Origin: a bacterium
Lineage (GTDB): Bacteria; Synergistota; GBS-1
Direction: 5' to 3'
DNA: 64,000 nucleotides
Assembly (NCBI GenBank): GCA_030153785.1
Contig: JASKLF010000001.1
Location: forward strand, 216,896 to 280,895
The position numbers and the translations under genes are program-made. Below the pieces are notes generated by a model, which made no database searches, had not been told where the DNA came from, and saw only the letters and a program-made list of their open reading frames with translations. This document shows positions 1 to 8,574 of the stretch, in pieces; within the stretch, counting starts at the first letter, position 1; each line of letters opens with the position of its first letter.

Positions 1-31
1 CCAACATCACAACGAACGCGATTAAACCCAT
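1..31 (-). CDS. Probable TRAP large permease DctM, N-terminal fragment running off the window edge
   Basis: ATG at 31 after a GGAGGAAGG SD, directly downstream of dctQ; hydrophobic start MGLIAFVVML. Confidence 0.55.
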   Translation of the reverse strand, partial: MGLIAFVVML

Positions 32-45
32 ATTCCTTCCTCCCC

Positions 46-543
46 TTATTTCCCGGTTTCGAGATTATTGAAGTAAAAGTTTTTAACCATCTCTATCAGA
101 CTCTGTATAGAGCGAATAACCGCCAAGAAAAACCCAACGATTGCCGAAAGATACACAAGATACATTGGTATCTCCATGGCAGGGCTTCTTTGCCCACTTT
201 TACGTATCATCTCCACAACAGGTATAGCCTTAATAAAGAGATATAAGAAAAAGACAAGAACAACTACCTCTATAGCTATCCTAAACCATCTTTTAATCCT
301 CAAAGGCATCGCTTCAACTAAAGAATCAACCCTCAATATGGTTTTTTTCCTTATACTGTACCCAATGCTTAAAAGCGAAGACCACACGAAGAGATATCTG
401 CAAAACTCTTCAGCCCATGATAGAGAAGCACCCACCACATAACGCATAAAGACCTGAAGCAGCATAACACAAGATATTAGCACCAATAAAAGTCCCAATA
501 TAAACTCCTCCAAATGCTGGTCTAACCACCTTATAACGTTCAC
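46..543 (-). CDS. dctQ: TRAP transporter small permease DctQ
   Basis: 165 aa with 4 TM segments; QVFMRYV...WAEEFCRYLFVW and RSPAMEIP motifs. Confidence 0.92.
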   Translation of the reverse strand: MNVIRWLDQHLEEFILGLLLVLISCVMLLQVFMRYVVGASLSWAEEFCRYLFVWSSLLSIGYSIRKKTILRVDSLVEAMPLRIKRWFRIAIEVVVLVFFLYLFIKAIPVVEMIRKSGQRSPAMEIPMYLVYLSAIVGFFLAVIRSIQSLIEMVKNFYFNNLETGK

Positions 544-569
544 CCTATATCCCTCCTTAAAGAAGACAG

Positions 570-600
570 GGTGGTAAAGGGCTATTTACCCTTTACCACC
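570..600. terminator. 12-bp perfect stem-loop between the cupin gene and dctQ (weak terminator or mRNA-stabilising hairpin)
   Basis: GGTGGTAAAGGG-ctattta-CCCTTTACCACC; only a weak U-tract on the minus strand. Confidence 0.6.
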
Positions 601-609
601 AACTTATTC

Positions 610-984
610 TTAACTTCCTCCTTCTTCCTTTCTGTGACTTTTGAGCTGTGGGGAATATATCCATATAAACTTCAACGGTTCATCTCCAGTATTAACTATT
701 GAATGGTATTCCCCAGGAGGGTTGTAAATGCAAACGCCCGGTTCAAGAGGGATCTCCTCGTCCTTAGTTATAAACTTTCCCTTGCCTTGAAGAAATATCA
801 TTACCTCCTCTTCATTATCGTGTTTGTGTTCTGGAACCATACCACCCACATAAGTCTCGTTTATACCCACAGCTAAGTTTTTAGCCCCCACCGTCTTTTC
901 AGAAACCAATATCCACGATTTTCTTGGAGGCTCTCTGTATTCCCCTTCTACTTCGCTTATACGGATCACTTTGACCTTCGACAT
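610..984 (-). CDS. Cupin domain protein (Cupin_2)
   Basis: PEHKHDNEEE...G.G and PPGEYHSIVNTGDEPL metal-binding cupin motifs. Confidence 0.9.
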   Translation of the reverse strand: MSKVKVIRISEVEGEYREPPRKSWILVSEKTVGAKNLAVGINETYVGGMVPEHKHDNEEEVMIFLQGKGKFITKDEEIPLEPGVCIYNPPGEYHSIVNTGDEPLKFIWIYSPQLKSHRKEEGGS

Positions 985-999
985 TCCCCTACCCCCTTC

Positions 1000-2730
1000 T
1001 TAAAAGATATTAGGATCCATCTCAATTTCCCATATGCCTTCCAGTTCCTCCTGCGGTATATCAAAAACCACATTATGTGGCGGTAAAGGTTCCTCTCTCA
1101 TAAACTCGGGCATTCTCCTAAACTTCTCAGAGACCCCAGCAAGCTCGTTAAACTTCCTTTCCGTATCCAAAACCTCAACACCTATATGCTTAGCATCTTT
1201 GAAGCTTAAATCCCAACCATACCTTGCCTTAAACAAAGCCCCTAAAAGATCGGGATTTTTTATAAAGGCGGGCCTAATGAACAAACAAACACCCATCGAA
1301 TCTATCAGAGCTGCCCTAATTTGAAGCTGCCTTGAGATGCGAACCTGACCTTCCTTGGATAGAGGATCATGATATCTTACGGTTTCAAAGGCATTACCTG
1401 CCGTGTGGTCAGCACCCATCGTGGAGGTAGCATATAATACCCCATTCCCCTTCAGCCCCCTTGGGTCATATGCAGGAATGGCCTGTCCTTTAACGACTGG
1501 GACTCTCCTTACACCAAAGGCTTGTCCCGTAAAGGCAGCACCGTTTCCTATAATCCTTCCCAAATAAGTGCCTTCCCCTATCTGCCTAACCAAACTTTTT
1601 GCACCCTCAGCGTCACCAAACTCTATAACACCGGCTTCCATGGCAACACCTATAGCAGCTCCGATTTCAATGGTGTCAACCCCTACATCGTTGCAAAGTC
1701 TGTTAAGCTCCGCAACGGCATCTACATCTCCTATACCACAGTTAGGCCCTAACAGCACCACGCTTTCATACTGGAGAGTAGCAACTATCTTCTCTCCCTT
1801 CTCGTTTGGGAAAACATGGCTACACATAATGGTGCAGCTGGGCACACATTGAGTTCCACTTCTTCCACATCCTCCTCTTTTTCTTATAAGCTCGGCCACC
1901 GCAGGACCAGTGAAGTTATCAGCATACTCAAATTGGCCAGAGCTAAAGTTCCTTGTGGGCAAGAAACCTAACTTATTAACCATCTCCAAGATATCCAACG
2001 TTCCATATTTTCTTCTATTTTGGCTTTTAGGATCTTCCCTGAGTATCTTAGCTACTTCCTTAACCACTTCTTTTAATAATTCGGGGTCATGATAATCAGG
2101 CTCGACAACCTTAGAATCATCTATCACTATCGCCTTTATTCCCTTCGAACCCATTACCGCCCCCAAACCGCCTCTTGCCGCATATCTAACCTGCTCCAAC
2201 TTATCATCAGTAAGGGCTATACCTGCCCCATAAAGCTTCATCTCACCTGCAGGACCTATACATATGAAGCCTTTCCTTTCGCCGAATTCTTTTCTTAACA
2301 ATTCAAAGGTTTCACTAACCAACTTTCCTTTAAGATATGGAGCATCTATGAGCCTCGCTCCATCCGCATCAATATACAAAACCCTTGTTTGATCCCTTTC
2401 AGGAATATCTTCAAGAATAACCGCCTTTACACCTATTCTTGCCAGCTTCTTACCCGCACTACCACCCGAATTACACTCTTTGACCCCACCCGTAAGAGGA
2501 CTTTTACCTCCTATTGAAATTCTACCACTTGTACTCAAGTTTGTATCGGCAAAATAGCCAGAAGATATTATCAATTTATTATACCTTCCAAGGGGCTCAC
2601 AGGTTGGAGGAACCTCATCTAAGAGCACCTTGGCAATGTAATATCTACCTGCATATCTTCTCTCCTCTGGGGTAGCTATTGACTCTTTAATTTCCCCCGT
2701 TCTCGTATTAACCCTGATGATCCTCTTCAT
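1000..2730 (-). CDS. aor: Aldehyde:ferredoxin oxidoreductase family (tungsten/pterin) enzyme
   Basis: KSPLTGG.KE.NSGG, RGGLGAVMGSKGIKAI, CxxxCxxxC plus a distal Cys, GVDTIE, AYDPR and GADH motifs. Confidence 0.92.
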   Translation of the reverse strand: MKRIIRVNTRTGEIKESIATPEERRYAGRYYIAKVLLDEVPPTCEPLGRYNKLIISSGYFADTNLSTSGRISIGGKSPLTGGVKECNSGGSAGKKLARIGVKAVILEDIPERDQTRVLYIDADGARLIDAPYLKGKLVSETFELLRKEFGERKGFICIGPAGEMKLYGAGIALTDDKLEQVRYAARGGLGAVMGSKGIKAIVIDDSKVVEPDYHDPELLKEVVKEVAKILREDPKSQNRRKYGTLDILEMVNKLGFLPTRNFSSGQFEYADNFTGPAVAELIRKRGGCGRSGTQCVPSCTIMCSHVFPNEKGEKIVATLQYESVVLLGPNCGIGDVDAVAELNRLCNDVGVDTIEIGAAIGVAMEAGVIEFGDAEGAKSLVRQIGEGTYLGRIIGNGAAFTGQAFGVRRVPVVKGQAIPAYDPRGLKGNGVLYATSTMGADHTAGNAFETVRYHDPLSKEGQVRISRQLQIRAALIDSMGVCLFIRPAFIKNPDLLGALFKARYGWDLSFKDAKHIGVEVLDTERKFNELAGVSEKFRRMPEFMREEPLPPHNVVFDIPQEELEGIWEIEMDPNIF

Positions 2731-2749
2731 TCATACTCCCCCCTCAAGT

Positions 2750-3796
2750 TCAGTTTAATCTAAGGCTTGAACCTACCTTTTCCAAAAGAGCGTTAATAGA
2801 GGAAGCCAACTTATCGTCCAATTCCACACCTTCTTCTCTGCTCCTTTTCTCCCTTCTAAACTCTATTTCACCAGGTATAAAGATTTTCTCCACCCCATGG
2901 GCTTTCTTAAGCCCCTTCACGGTCGCAAAGTAAACTTTCATTTTCTCCTTAAACTCATTTAAATCTATAAAACGCGACACATCTATAACTATACAGGAAG
3001 CCCCTACCCTCGTTGGACCCTCAAGGACATGGAAGGACTTAAGCTGATTCCCATAGCCAGAGCCAGCCAATAAACCGCAAATTATATCAACAGCCATCGC
3101 CAAAGCCGACCCCTTAGGGCCTCCTATAGGCATCAAAGTTCCCTTCAAAGCGGCCTCAGGATCGGTAGTAGGCCTCCCTTCGGCATCTAACGCCCAACCT
3201 TCAGGAATCTTCATGCCTTTCCTTTGAGCTTCTCTAATCTTTCCTCTTGCAACAACGCTTGTTGCCATATCCATGGTAAAATTCATTCCATCCCCCGGAA
3301 TTGAAAGAGCTATCGGATTCGTCCCCAAAAACTTTTCAGCGGCTCCCCATGGAGCCATCGCGGGAGCAGCATTAGAAGCCATAATTGCTATCATGCCGTT
3401 GTCAGCAGCTTTTTCGGTATAACAGCCTAAGCAACCAACATTATTAGTATTTCTTATCAGGGATATCCCTATACCATACTCCTTGGCCTTCTCGATGGCC
3501 TTCTCCAAAGCAAAATAACCAGCTACCATGCCTATACCATCTTTACCATCTATAAGAACGGTAGCATCTTTTTCCGATAAAACTTCGACCTCCGTAGGAA
3601 GCCTCAATTGCCCACCATCAACACGCATGGCTATCACATTCAGTAGATAGACGCCATGCGTTGAAATGCCTCTCATATCAGCCTTTACCAATATTTCGGC
3701 AATCTTTTTAGCATTCGCTTCAGTTTCCCCCAATCCCACCAAAATCTCTTCAACTGCAAGAATAAGCTTGTCAACTTCAACCTTCAAGTCCAGCAA
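2750..3796 (-). CDS. Ldh_2 (type 2 malate/L-lactate/sulfolactate dehydrogenase) family oxidoreductase
   Basis: AD.RGI.THG, GTNPIA, DMATS.VARGK, GGPKGS.LA and IPGE motifs. Confidence 0.93.
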   Translation of the reverse strand: MLDLKVEVDKLILAVEEILVGLGETEANAKKIAEILVKADMRGISTHGVYLLNVIAMRVDGGQLRLPTEVEVLSEKDATVLIDGKDGIGMVAGYFALEKAIEKAKEYGIGISLIRNTNNVGCLGCYTEKAADNGMIAIMASNAAPAMAPWGAAEKFLGTNPIALSIPGDGMNFTMDMATSVVARGKIREAQRKGMKIPEGWALDAEGRPTTDPEAALKGTLMPIGGPKGSALAMAVDIICGLLAGSGYGNQLKSFHVLEGPTRVGASCIVIDVSRFIDLNEFKEKMKVYFATVKGLKKAHGVEKIFIPGEIEFRREKRSREEGVELDDKLASSINALLEKVGSSLRLN

Positions 3797-3816
3797 CCCC
3801 CTTTTTTAAAGAGCGT

Positions 3817-4488
3817 TTACTCTTCCTTCAAGCCGAGTCTATCCAAAACTTCACGAAGATTGTTATAGTCTACACTCGAAACGCCGGTTTTAAGAACCTC
3901 CCTCTTTTTCTCCTCATTAGCCACCCTCTTTAAGGCTTTTTCCAGTACATCTTTAGCATCCTCTTTCTTAACGATTACAATCCCGTCGTTGTCTCCCAGC
4001 ACTATATCACCCGGATTAACAACCACACCTCCAAGGGTTATGGGGTAATTTATCAAGCCTAAAATTTCCTTAGTAGTTCCCCTTATAGAAAATCCTCTGC
4101 AAAACACGGGAAATTCCATCTTCACTATCTCCTCAGAATCCCTTATACAACCATCTATTACCAAGCCTGCTATGCCTCTTGCCAAAGCCGAAACCGTCAT
4201 CAGCTCTCCCCAATAGCCGTATTCATAAGCGCCACCTGTGACAGCAACTATAACATCTCCTTCCTGAGCAACTTCCAAGGCCTTATGAAGCATCAGATTA
4301 TCCCCCGGTCCACATTGAACTGTAACAGCCGTTCCACAAACTTTGATACCCCAATATGCCGGCCTTATAAGGTTAGAGACAGCTCCTTTACGCCCTGAGG
4401 CTTCGTAAACGGTTGCCGACGAAAGCTCACTAAAAGCCCTTACAAGCTCCCTTTCTGGCCTTTCAAAACCTCTTCTAACGTGAATCAT
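3817..4488 (-). CDS. RraA-like / HMG-CHA (4-hydroxy-4-methyl-2-oxoglutarate) aldolase family
   Basis: GDNLMLH, WGELM, DGCIRD and PGDIVLGDNDG motifs; start moved to ATG 4488 (G-rich SD, avoids overlap with the MoaD gene). Confidence 0.9.
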   Translation of the reverse strand: MIHVRRGFERPERELVRAFSELSSATVYEASGRKGAVSNLIRPAYWGIKVCGTAVTVQCGPGDNLMLHKALEVAQEGDVIVAVTGGAYEYGYWGELMTVSALARGIAGLVIDGCIRDSEEIVKMEFPVFCRGFSIRGTTKEILGLINYPITLGGVVVNPGDIVLGDNDGIVIVKKEDAKDVLEKALKRVANEEKKREVLKTGVSSVDYNNLREVLDRLGLKEE

Positions 4489-4517
4489 TAAACCCCTTAC
4501 CCCCCATCTATTTAAGA

Positions 4518-4736
4518 TTAACCTCCACACATGGCAACGAACAGATGAATCTCGTCTCCATCCTTTATCTCCTCATTGACATCTATCCTAAAAGAATCAC
4601 GAACGAAAACGATGTCTTCCCACCATTCCTTCTCTATTCCCGCTCTCTTAAGCAAACATTTGAGGGGAAGCGGTCTCTCTATCGAGATTTGCGAAGTAAA
4701 CCTACTTAAAATTCCATGTCCTACTATCCTAACCAT
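4518..4736 (-). CDS. MoaD/ThiS family sulfur carrier
   Basis: 72 aa ubiquitin-like size; KDGDEI and C-terminal GG; typical AOR neighbour. Confidence 0.85.
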   Translation of the reverse strand: MVRIVGHGILSRFTSQISIERPLPLKCLLKRAGIEKEWWEDIVFVRDSFRIDVNEEIKDGDEIHLFVAMCGG

Positions 4737-4753
4737 CTTGATCTCTCACTTAT

Positions 4754-4783
4754 ATTGTAATTGCTAAGACTATGTAAAGTCAA
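4754..4783 (-). promoter_or_regulatory. Sigma70-type promoter of the AOR operon
   Basis: TTGACT-N18-TACAAT on the minus strand. Confidence 0.6.
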
Positions 4784-4811
4784 TGAGTTTTATGCCAAAA
4801 AATAAAAGTTA

Positions 4812-4828
4812 CTTCCATATAGTGGAAG
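4812..4828. promoter_or_regulatory. Palindromic operator candidate (IclR-like)
   Basis: CTTCCA-tatag-TGGAAG perfect inverted repeat about 30 bp upstream of the -35. Confidence 0.5.
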
Positions 4829-4901
4829 ACAAAAGAGGAGAAAAAACAATGATGAGCCTTTACCTAAGGAGGTTCCTTTAAAAATTATTTGCTGTGGAAG
4901 G

Positions 4902-5318
4902 TTAATTCCCGATAGGTTGAACCATCCCTATAAATATGTGCTCTCTGCCGAGGCTTCCATAATAGGCATGAAGAGTTGCTTTGTGAACCATTAACTCCAT
5001 AAAGTTACCTCTCAGTATCGCAGGATAAGGAACAACCTGCTCGGATATGGGTTTAGTCAAATCCAGTGAAAGCTTTCTTGCCTTATTTACGAGCTCTATT
5101 TCACTTATTAAGGATTCGTCACAATTCAATTCAGAAGCAACCATCCTTTTAAGCAGTTCCTTAGAAAACGCAATTATCAAGCCATCTCCTTTCTTAAGCC
5201 CCATAAAAACCACAATCTCAGGCAAGTTACAACCGTAAGATTCACCGGAACTTTCCACCCTCTCCCACAAAACACCATCAAGAAGCTTGCCTACTTCTTC
5301 TTTGAGCTTTTCTAACAT
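4902..5318 (-). CDS. Hypothetical protein, possibly CheX/CheC-like fold
   Basis: IVVFMGL...LIIAFSKELLKRMV...PAILRG pattern resembles CheX; ATG 5318 with AAGGGGGG SD. Confidence 0.55.
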   Translation of the reverse strand: MLEKLKEEVGKLLDGVLWERVESSGESYGCNLPEIVVFMGLKKGDGLIIAFSKELLKRMVASELNCDESLISEIELVNKARKLSLDLTKPISEQVVPYPAILRGNFMELMVHKATLHAYYGSLGREHIFIGMVQPIGN

Positions 5319-5322
5319 TAAC

Positions 5323-6942
5323 TTATCCCCCCTTGAGAAGCTCTCTCGCATGCTCTAAAGCAATTTCAGAAACCTTACCCGAAAGCATTCTTGCTAATTC
5401 CCTTATCCTCTCTTCTCCTTTAAGAAGCTTAACTCTGCTTTTAACTTTCCCGCCTTCCACTACCTTGTCGACGAAGTAATGATGATCTGCCCTTGAAGCT
5501 ATAGAAGCAAGATGAGTAATGCATATAACCTGTCTCTTTTCGGATAATTTCTTTATCTCGTATCCAAGCATGTTAGCTACATCTCCACCTATCCCCACAT
5601 CTATTTCATCAAATATTAGCGTAGGAACTGCGTAATTCTGAGCAATCGCACATTTCAAAGCAAAACTTAAGCGAGATATCTCCCCACCAGAAGCTATCAG
5701 GTTTATCTTTCTTAACTCGTCCTGCGGGGAAGGAGACATTAAGAAGCTAACCTTATCAAACCCTTTTATCCCGAGCTCTCCCTTCTCTATTCCGATTTTG
5801 AAAACGATATTACCCATTGCAAGCTTTTCCAATATCCTTTTAACCTCCGACTCAAGAAGAGAAGCACATCTTTTTCTCTCTTCCGAAATTCTTTCTCCCA
5901 AGGAACAAAGGAGTTTATAAAGCTCGTTTACCCTTTCCTTCAATGAGTAAACTTCGTTATCCAAATTGCCAATCTTCTGCAATTCCTCCTTCCAGCGGGA
6001 GGCAAGTTCTAAGAGTTCTGAAACAGTATTAACTCCGTGTTTTCTCTTTAGCCTTCTTATCAAGGAAAGCCGTTCCTCCACTAAGTCCAGATTTCCCTCC
6101 TCAAAGGTTAGGGATTCAAGCTTCCTATAAAGGGCGCTTGAAATATCCTTAAGAATAAGAAGAAAGGACTGTATATCTTTAGAGATCTGAGAAATATCTG
6201 CTTCGTATCTACCTATCTTTTCAAGGACCGTCAAAAACTCGCCACACTTATCCAGTATTCCTCCGCTCCATCCTTCTCCCTCAAGTAAATGCAAGGCCTC
6301 CTTCAAATGAGATTTAAGCTCTTCAAGGTTCAATAACTTTTCTCTCTTAGATAAGAGCTCTTCCTCCTCACCAACCTCCAAAGAAGCCTTTTCAATTTCT
6401 TCAAGATAGAAAGAGATTTCTTCCCTCCTCCTCCGTAATTCCTCTTCGTCCTTACGTAGTTCCTCGAGCTTCCTCGATGATTCTAAATACTCCCTGTAAA
6501 GGCGTTCATACTCGTCTAACAGAGCTTTAATCGTGCTACCTCCGTATCTATCAAGAGCATCGAGCTGATTACTTTCCTTTAATACCCAACCATATTCAAG
6601 CTGGCTATGAATCTCAAATAAACTTGGTCCCAGCTCTTTCAGGAAGTTGATGGGAACTCCCCTACCCTGATAGAAGGCTCTACTTCTTCCCCCTGAAAGA
6701 ACCTCCCTCCTTAATATAACTTCCTCACCATCGATTTCGAAAATAGCTTCTACTTCTGCCCTTTCCGCTCCACTCTTTATCACATCTTCTCCAGCCCTTT
6801 TGCCTAAAAGAAGGGACAAAGCGCCAACGATAATGGATTTACCAGCACCGGTTTCCCCCGTTAGAACAGTTAAACCTGGATGAAACTCCATCTCAAGCTC
6901 CTCAATTATGGCAAAGTTCTTAATTCTGAGTTCCCTAATCAC
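5323..6942 (-). CDS. recN: DNA repair protein RecN
   Basis: L.IKNFAII, TGETGAGKS, ASGGE, IFDEID.G and CITHL motifs. Confidence 0.97.
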   Translation of the reverse strand: MIRELRIKNFAIIEELEMEFHPGLTVLTGETGAGKSIIVGALSLLLGKRAGEDVIKSGAERAEVEAIFEIDGEEVILRREVLSGGRSRAFYQGRGVPINFLKELGPSLFEIHSQLEYGWVLKESNQLDALDRYGGSTIKALLDEYERLYREYLESSRKLEELRKDEEELRRRREEISFYLEEIEKASLEVGEEEELLSKREKLLNLEELKSHLKEALHLLEGEGWSGGILDKCGEFLTVLEKIGRYEADISQISKDIQSFLLILKDISSALYRKLESLTFEEGNLDLVEERLSLIRRLKRKHGVNTVSELLELASRWKEELQKIGNLDNEVYSLKERVNELYKLLCSLGERISEERKRCASLLESEVKRILEKLAMGNIVFKIGIEKGELGIKGFDKVSFLMSPSPQDELRKINLIASGGEISRLSFALKCAIAQNYAVPTLIFDEIDVGIGGDVANMLGYEIKKLSEKRQVICITHLASIASRADHHYFVDKVVEGGKVKSRVKLLKGEERIRELARMLSGKVSEIALEHARELLKGG

Positions 6943-7813
6943 CTGGGATCACTCCAAGCTTAAGCTTTTTTCTTAAAAGTTCGAAAAAGCTCCTCCCCTT
7001 AAAGGTTATTATCTTAGCTGAAAATGGCGCCTTTCCTATAAGAATCTCATCACCAGGAAACACCTTAAAACCTGCCTGTCCATCTTGCGTCAACATGATA
7101 TCTTCGTGATCCGCCCCTAAAACGATTTTAATCGAGGAGGAAGAAGGTATTATAATAGGTCTCGCATAAAATGTGTGAGGACATATGGGAGTCAAAACTA
7201 TGCCCGGTAATGCGGGATGCAAAATCGGTCCACCCGCTGAGAGAGAATAAGCCGTAGAGCCGGTAGGGGTAGCCACGATTAAACCATCAGCAGGATAAGA
7301 AGTAAAATACTCCCCATCTATATAAACTGTAAGAGTTATCAATCTTGCAAAGGCTCCCTTCATAATGACAAACTCGTTCAATGCATAAAGAAGATGCCCT
7401 TTGAATTTAGCCTCAAGCATCATTCTCTCGTCTATCTCGAACTTCCCTTCCAATATCTTAGATAATGCTATTTCCAGGGTAGAAATGCTCTCGGAAGCCA
7501 AAAAGCCAAGTCGACCTAAATTTATTCCAAGCATAAGAACACCGTATGGAGCAAGGAGCCTTGAAGCCTTAAGAAAAGTTCCATCTCCCCCTACTATAAG
7601 GGCTATCTTCACCCTTCTTGCAAATTCAAGGTCATCTAAAGAAAGATCTTCTCTTCCTAAAAAAGCTCCCCCCTCCTTGGTTAAAAAGGGTTTTATCCCT
7701 TTACTTTCGAACCAAGAAAGTATCCCATAGCCTATTTCCCGAGCCGATTCTCCCTTTTGAGGATTGACTATTAATCCCCAAGAGTTGCGTGGGCAAATTC
7801 TACTATCGATGAT
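6935..7813 (-). CDS. nadK: NAD+ kinase (start uncertain; frame open up to 7825)
   Basis: GGDGT, G.LGFL, NE and DGLIVATPTGSTAYSLSAGGP motifs; the conserved-looking N-terminus GLIVNPQK lies upstream of the GTG at 7612 in the same frame. Confidence 0.9.
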   Translation of the reverse strand: MIDSRICPRNSWGLIVNPQKGESAREIGYGILSWFESKGIKPFLTKEGGAFLGREDLSLDDLEFARRVKIALIVGGDGTFLKASRLLAPYGVLMLGINLGRLGFLASESISTLEIALSKILEGKFEIDERMMLEAKFKGHLLYALNEFVIMKGAFARLITLTVYIDGEYFTSYPADGLIVATPTGSTAYSLSAGGPILHPALPGIVLTPICPHTFYARPIIIPSSSSIKIVLGADHEDIMLTQDGQAGFKVFPGDEILIGKAPFSAKIITFKGRSFFELLRKKLKLGVIPGD

Positions 7814-8574
7814 ATCATCTCCTTTCTAAAATTCCCTCTCCTAAAACCCACGTATAAAAGAAACTCAATGTTACCTTCAGGCCCTTTTATGGGAGAAAAG
7901 GTCAGGTCCAATGGAAACAGTTCTAACTCCTCGTCAACGAAAGTAACTATTTCTTCTATGACTTCTATATGAACCCGCTTATCCCTGACAACGCCACCCT
8001 TGACTTTTTGACGCCCCGCTTCAAATTGAGGTTTAATAAGAACAACCCCTTCCGATTCTCCCTTTTTAAGAACCCTTTCAACCGGGGGTAAGACCTTCTT
8101 AACGGAAATAAAAGAAAGGTCCATTGCAAAGAAATCGACCTTTTCAGGGATAACTTTCTCATCCAAATATCTTGCATTAAAGCGCTCTATGGGCACCACC
8201 CTCGGGTTAATCCTCAAACTCCAGTGAAGCTGTCCATACCCGACATCCACAGCATAAACTTTAAAAGCTCCCTCTTTAAGCATACAATCGGTAAAGCCCC
8301 CTGTTGATGCCCCCACATCCAAGCAAATCTTATCTTTAAGGACTATCCCAAATTCATCTATCGCCTTCTTAAGCTTCAATCCTCCCCTGCTTACATAGGG
8401 ACAAACCTCTCCTTTAACCTCTATACTTGCATTCTCAGGGACCTTTTCCCCCGCTTTGTCTATCCTTCTTCCGTCAACAAAGACTATGCCAGCCATAAGG
8501 GCACGCTGAGCTTTCTCTCTGCTTTCGAAAAAGCCTCTCGTTACAAGTAGCTTATCGATTCTCTCTTTCCTCAA
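7771..8574 (-). CDS. tlyA: TlyA family rRNA 2'-O-methyltransferase
   Basis: S4 domain, YVSRGGLKL, DVGASTGGFTD, DLSFIS, KPQFE and GN.EF motifs; TTG start inferred. Confidence 0.96.
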   Translation of the reverse strand: MRKERIDKLLVTRGFFESREKAQRALMAGIVFVDGRRIDKAGEKVPENASIEVKGEVCPYVSRGGLKLKKAIDEFGIVLKDKICLDVGASTGGFTDCMLKEGAFKVYAVDVGYGQLHWSLRINPRVVPIERFNARYLDEKVIPEKVDFFAMDLSFISVKKVLPPVERVLKKGESEGVVLIKPQFEAGRQKVKGGVVRDKRVHIEVIEEIVTFVDEELELFPLDLTFSPIKGPEGNIEFLLYVGFRRGNFRKEMISSIVEFAHATLGD

